64,000 bases of DNA, taken from positions 3,459-67,458 of the forward strand of contig DAOUHZ010000161.1 in assembly GCA_034428455.1 (NCBI GenBank), in the 5' to 3' direction. The notes beneath the pieces were generated by a model. That model was not told where the DNA came from, did no database searches, and was given only the letters and a program-made list of their open reading frames with translations. Position numbers and translations under genes: made by a program. This DNA is from Dehalococcoidia bacterium (GTDB taxonomy: Bacteria > Chloroflexota > Dehalococcoidia > Lucifugimonadales > UBA3495). Of the stretch, positions 62,186 to 64,000 are shown one piece after another (position 1 is the first letter of the stretch; each line of letters begins with the position of its first letter).

Positions 62186-63817
62186 TTAGTAGGCCACGGC
62201 CTGCCCATCACCACGGGGATCGGAAGCGCCGGCAAGCACACCGCGGCGCTGATCGCGGACGATCACCTGCACCACGCCGTGGTAGGAGCCCAGTGGGTTC
62301 TGCACCACGTTGTGTCCCATCCTGCCCAGGTCCCGGATCGTGTCGTCGGGCATACCAATTTCCATCCTGAGTTCACCGGCGCGGTTGATGGTCGCCGGGT
62401 CGGTGCCGGGGAAACTGTGCCAGCGCGGCGATTCCACGGCGTCCTGGGGTTGCAGCCCCCCGTCGATCAATTTGGTCAGCATTTGGATGCCAACCTGCGG
62501 CTGGACGTCGCCGCCGGGCGTGCCGCCGACGATGGCAACCTCACCGCCCACGGTTGTAAGGTAGCAGTTCAGCGTATGCATGGTGCGCTTGCCCGGCGCG
62601 ATGACGTTGGGATGGTCAGGTTCGAGGCTGAACCCACGCCCGGCCCGGTTGTTGAACAGCACGCCGGTGCCGGGAGCGACGACGCCGGAACCGAACCCAT
62701 TGGACAGGCTGTGGATCCAACTGACCGCGTTGCCCTCGCCGTCAGCGACGCAGAAGTACGTGGTATCGCCGTGGCCGTTCACCGGAACCAGGGGGCGGAC
62801 TTCATCGCCGGCTTGGAAGGGATGGATCTGCTCGCGGCGCATATCCGCGTACTCGGTTGAGAGCAGGCCATCCAGTGGCCAATCGACGAAATTGGGGTCG
62901 CCGGCGAGGCGGTTCCGGTCGGAGTACGCGATTTTCTTCGCTTCCACCAGCAGGTGGATCGAGTCGGCCGAGTTGGGCGTCATCGACGACAGATCGTGCC
63001 CGCTGACGATGTTCAGCATCTCCAGCAGCATAAATCCCTGGGACGGCGGCCGGGTCTGGTAAACGGTGTGACCGCGGTACGTCGTGCTGATAGCGTCCCC
63101 AACGTCGGCGTAGTGACCGGCGAAGTCGGCCTCGGTGAACAGCGCCCCGGCATTGTTGAGACCCTCGACCATCCTGGTGGCGATTTCGCTGCGGTAAAAG
63201 GTGTCGGCGCCGCCCTCGGCCACCGCGCGCATCGTGTTCGCCAGATCGCCGTTGACTAGGACCTCGCCGACCCGGGGCGGCCGCCCGCCGTTGGTCAGGT
63301 AGATGTCCGCGGTGGCCGCAAAGCGTCCCAGCAACTCGGCGTTTCCGGCGAAAGACCGCGCGATGCGAGGCGACACGGGGAACCCCCGCTCGGCGTACTG
63401 AATGGCCGGCGCCAGCAGATCGGCAAACGGCATGGTGCAAAAATCTCGGTACACGGTCTCCCACGCGGCGGCCTCGCCGGGAACGGATATGGAGTGCGGC
63501 CCCTGTATCGGCATCAACGCCAAGCCTTGGCTTCGGTAGTACTCGGCTTCTGCGCCCGACGCGGCGACCCCGCTGCTGTTGATGTTCGTGACTTGGCCGC
63601 TCCTGGCGTCGTAAGCCAGGATGAACGAATCACCGCCGAGGCCGCAGACGGGCACAAGGGTGACGCATTCCACCGCCGCAACTGCCAGGGCGGCGTCGAA
63701 AGCATTCCCGCCCTCCTGCAAGACACGGAGTCCGGCCGCCGCGGCCAGCGGCGAGTTGGAGCAGACCATGCCGTTCTGGCCGTACACGGCGCTGCGGGTG
63801 AGTTGGGTGATGGACAT
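62186..63817 (-). CDS. ggt: Gamma-glutamyltransferase
   Basis: GGNAFDAALA, catalytic-Thr region HGDTTYFCVADGEGNAVS, GFGSGVVAPGTGVLFNN, TMHTLN. Confidence 0.88.
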   Translation of the reverse strand: MSITQLTRSAVYGQNGMVCSNSPLAAAAGLRVLQEGGNAFDAALAVAAVECVTLVPVCGLGGDSFILAYDARSGQVTNINSSGVAASGAEAEYYRSQGLALMPIQGPHSISVPGEAAAWETVYRDFCTMPFADLLAPAIQYAERGFPVSPRIARSFAGNAELLGRFAATADIYLTNGGRPPRVGEVLVNGDLANTMRAVAEGGADTFYRSEIATRMVEGLNNAGALFTEADFAGHYADVGDAISTTYRGHTVYQTRPPSQGFMLLEMLNIVSGHDLSSMTPNSADSIHLLVEAKKIAYSDRNRLAGDPNFVDWPLDGLLSTEYADMRREQIHPFQAGDEVRPLVPVNGHGDTTYFCVADGEGNAVSWIHSLSNGFGSGVVAPGTGVLFNNRAGRGFSLEPDHPNVIAPGKRTMHTLNCYLTTVGGEVAIVGGTPGGDVQPQVGIQMLTKLIDGGLQPQDAVESPRWHSFPGTDPATINRAGELRMEIGMPDDTIRDLGRMGHNVVQNPLGSYHGVVQVIVRDQRRGVLAGASDPRGDGQAVAY

Positions 63818-64000
63818 GGTGGCTGCCTCCTGGGTAGCGGGTTGATCCCCTGATTATAATGGGCGCCGGACATTTGGGAACCGAAATCTGCGAGGTCGAT
63901 GCATTTGCAATGCGCGGCGTCTTCGGCAACAGCGCTCCCACTCTCCACGGCCTCTGGGATCCCCGCCGCCTCTACCGCACCGACAGGTATCTGATGACGG

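Noticed and set aside
63818-64000. Partial ORFs at the right window edge.
   Set aside because: The segment is too short and lacks motifs to call. It probably contains the ggt promoter region plus the start of an unidentified neighbour.

Overview
64-kb bacterial chromosomal segment. It is high in G+C (about 60 percent by eye, not computed) and gene-dense on both strands. Housekeeping genes present: an Hsp100-hspR-J-protein heat-shock operon facing hsp20, valS, aroC-aroE, rmuC, gyrB, hpt, ggt and tRNA-Ser(UGA). Interleaved with these is an unusually oxygenase-rich accessory set: four tandem cytochrome P450 paralogs ending in one ferredoxin, an LLM/F420-type oxidoreductase, a Baeyer-Villiger monooxygenase, an acyl-CoA-dehydrogenase-fold flavoenzyme, a PNPOx-like protein and a 976-aa FAD/Fe-S oxidase. 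Other notable content: (1) an intact SNF2 helicase + SWIM zinc-finger pair bracketed by dead IS630 and IS5 fragments, with a third dead transposase fragment near the Hsp100 gene; (2) a low-G+C HicB-like two-gene cassette inserted inside the P450 array; (3) a low-G+C DUF4231/SLATT-like 2-TM gene; (4) a decayed PIN toxin-antitoxin pair; (5) a two-component protein whose kinase core lacks the phospho-acceptor His and the N-box Asn; (6) an orphan TRAP DctM permease; (7) an ABC importer without ATPase genes; (8) two families of hairpin (REP/MITE-like) repeats at no fewer than nine sites; (9) a recurrent extended -10 motif (TGCTATACT) that predicts one leaderless GTG-start gene. I saw no rRNA, CRISPR array, intact transposase, integrase or prophage. 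Taxon cannot be assigned from the sequence alone. The gene content is reminiscent of Chloroflexota (SAR202-like) or Actinomycetota, which is inference only. All domain calls come from reading motifs in the supplied translations, with no database search. CDS coordinates include the stop codon, as in the supplied ORF track.
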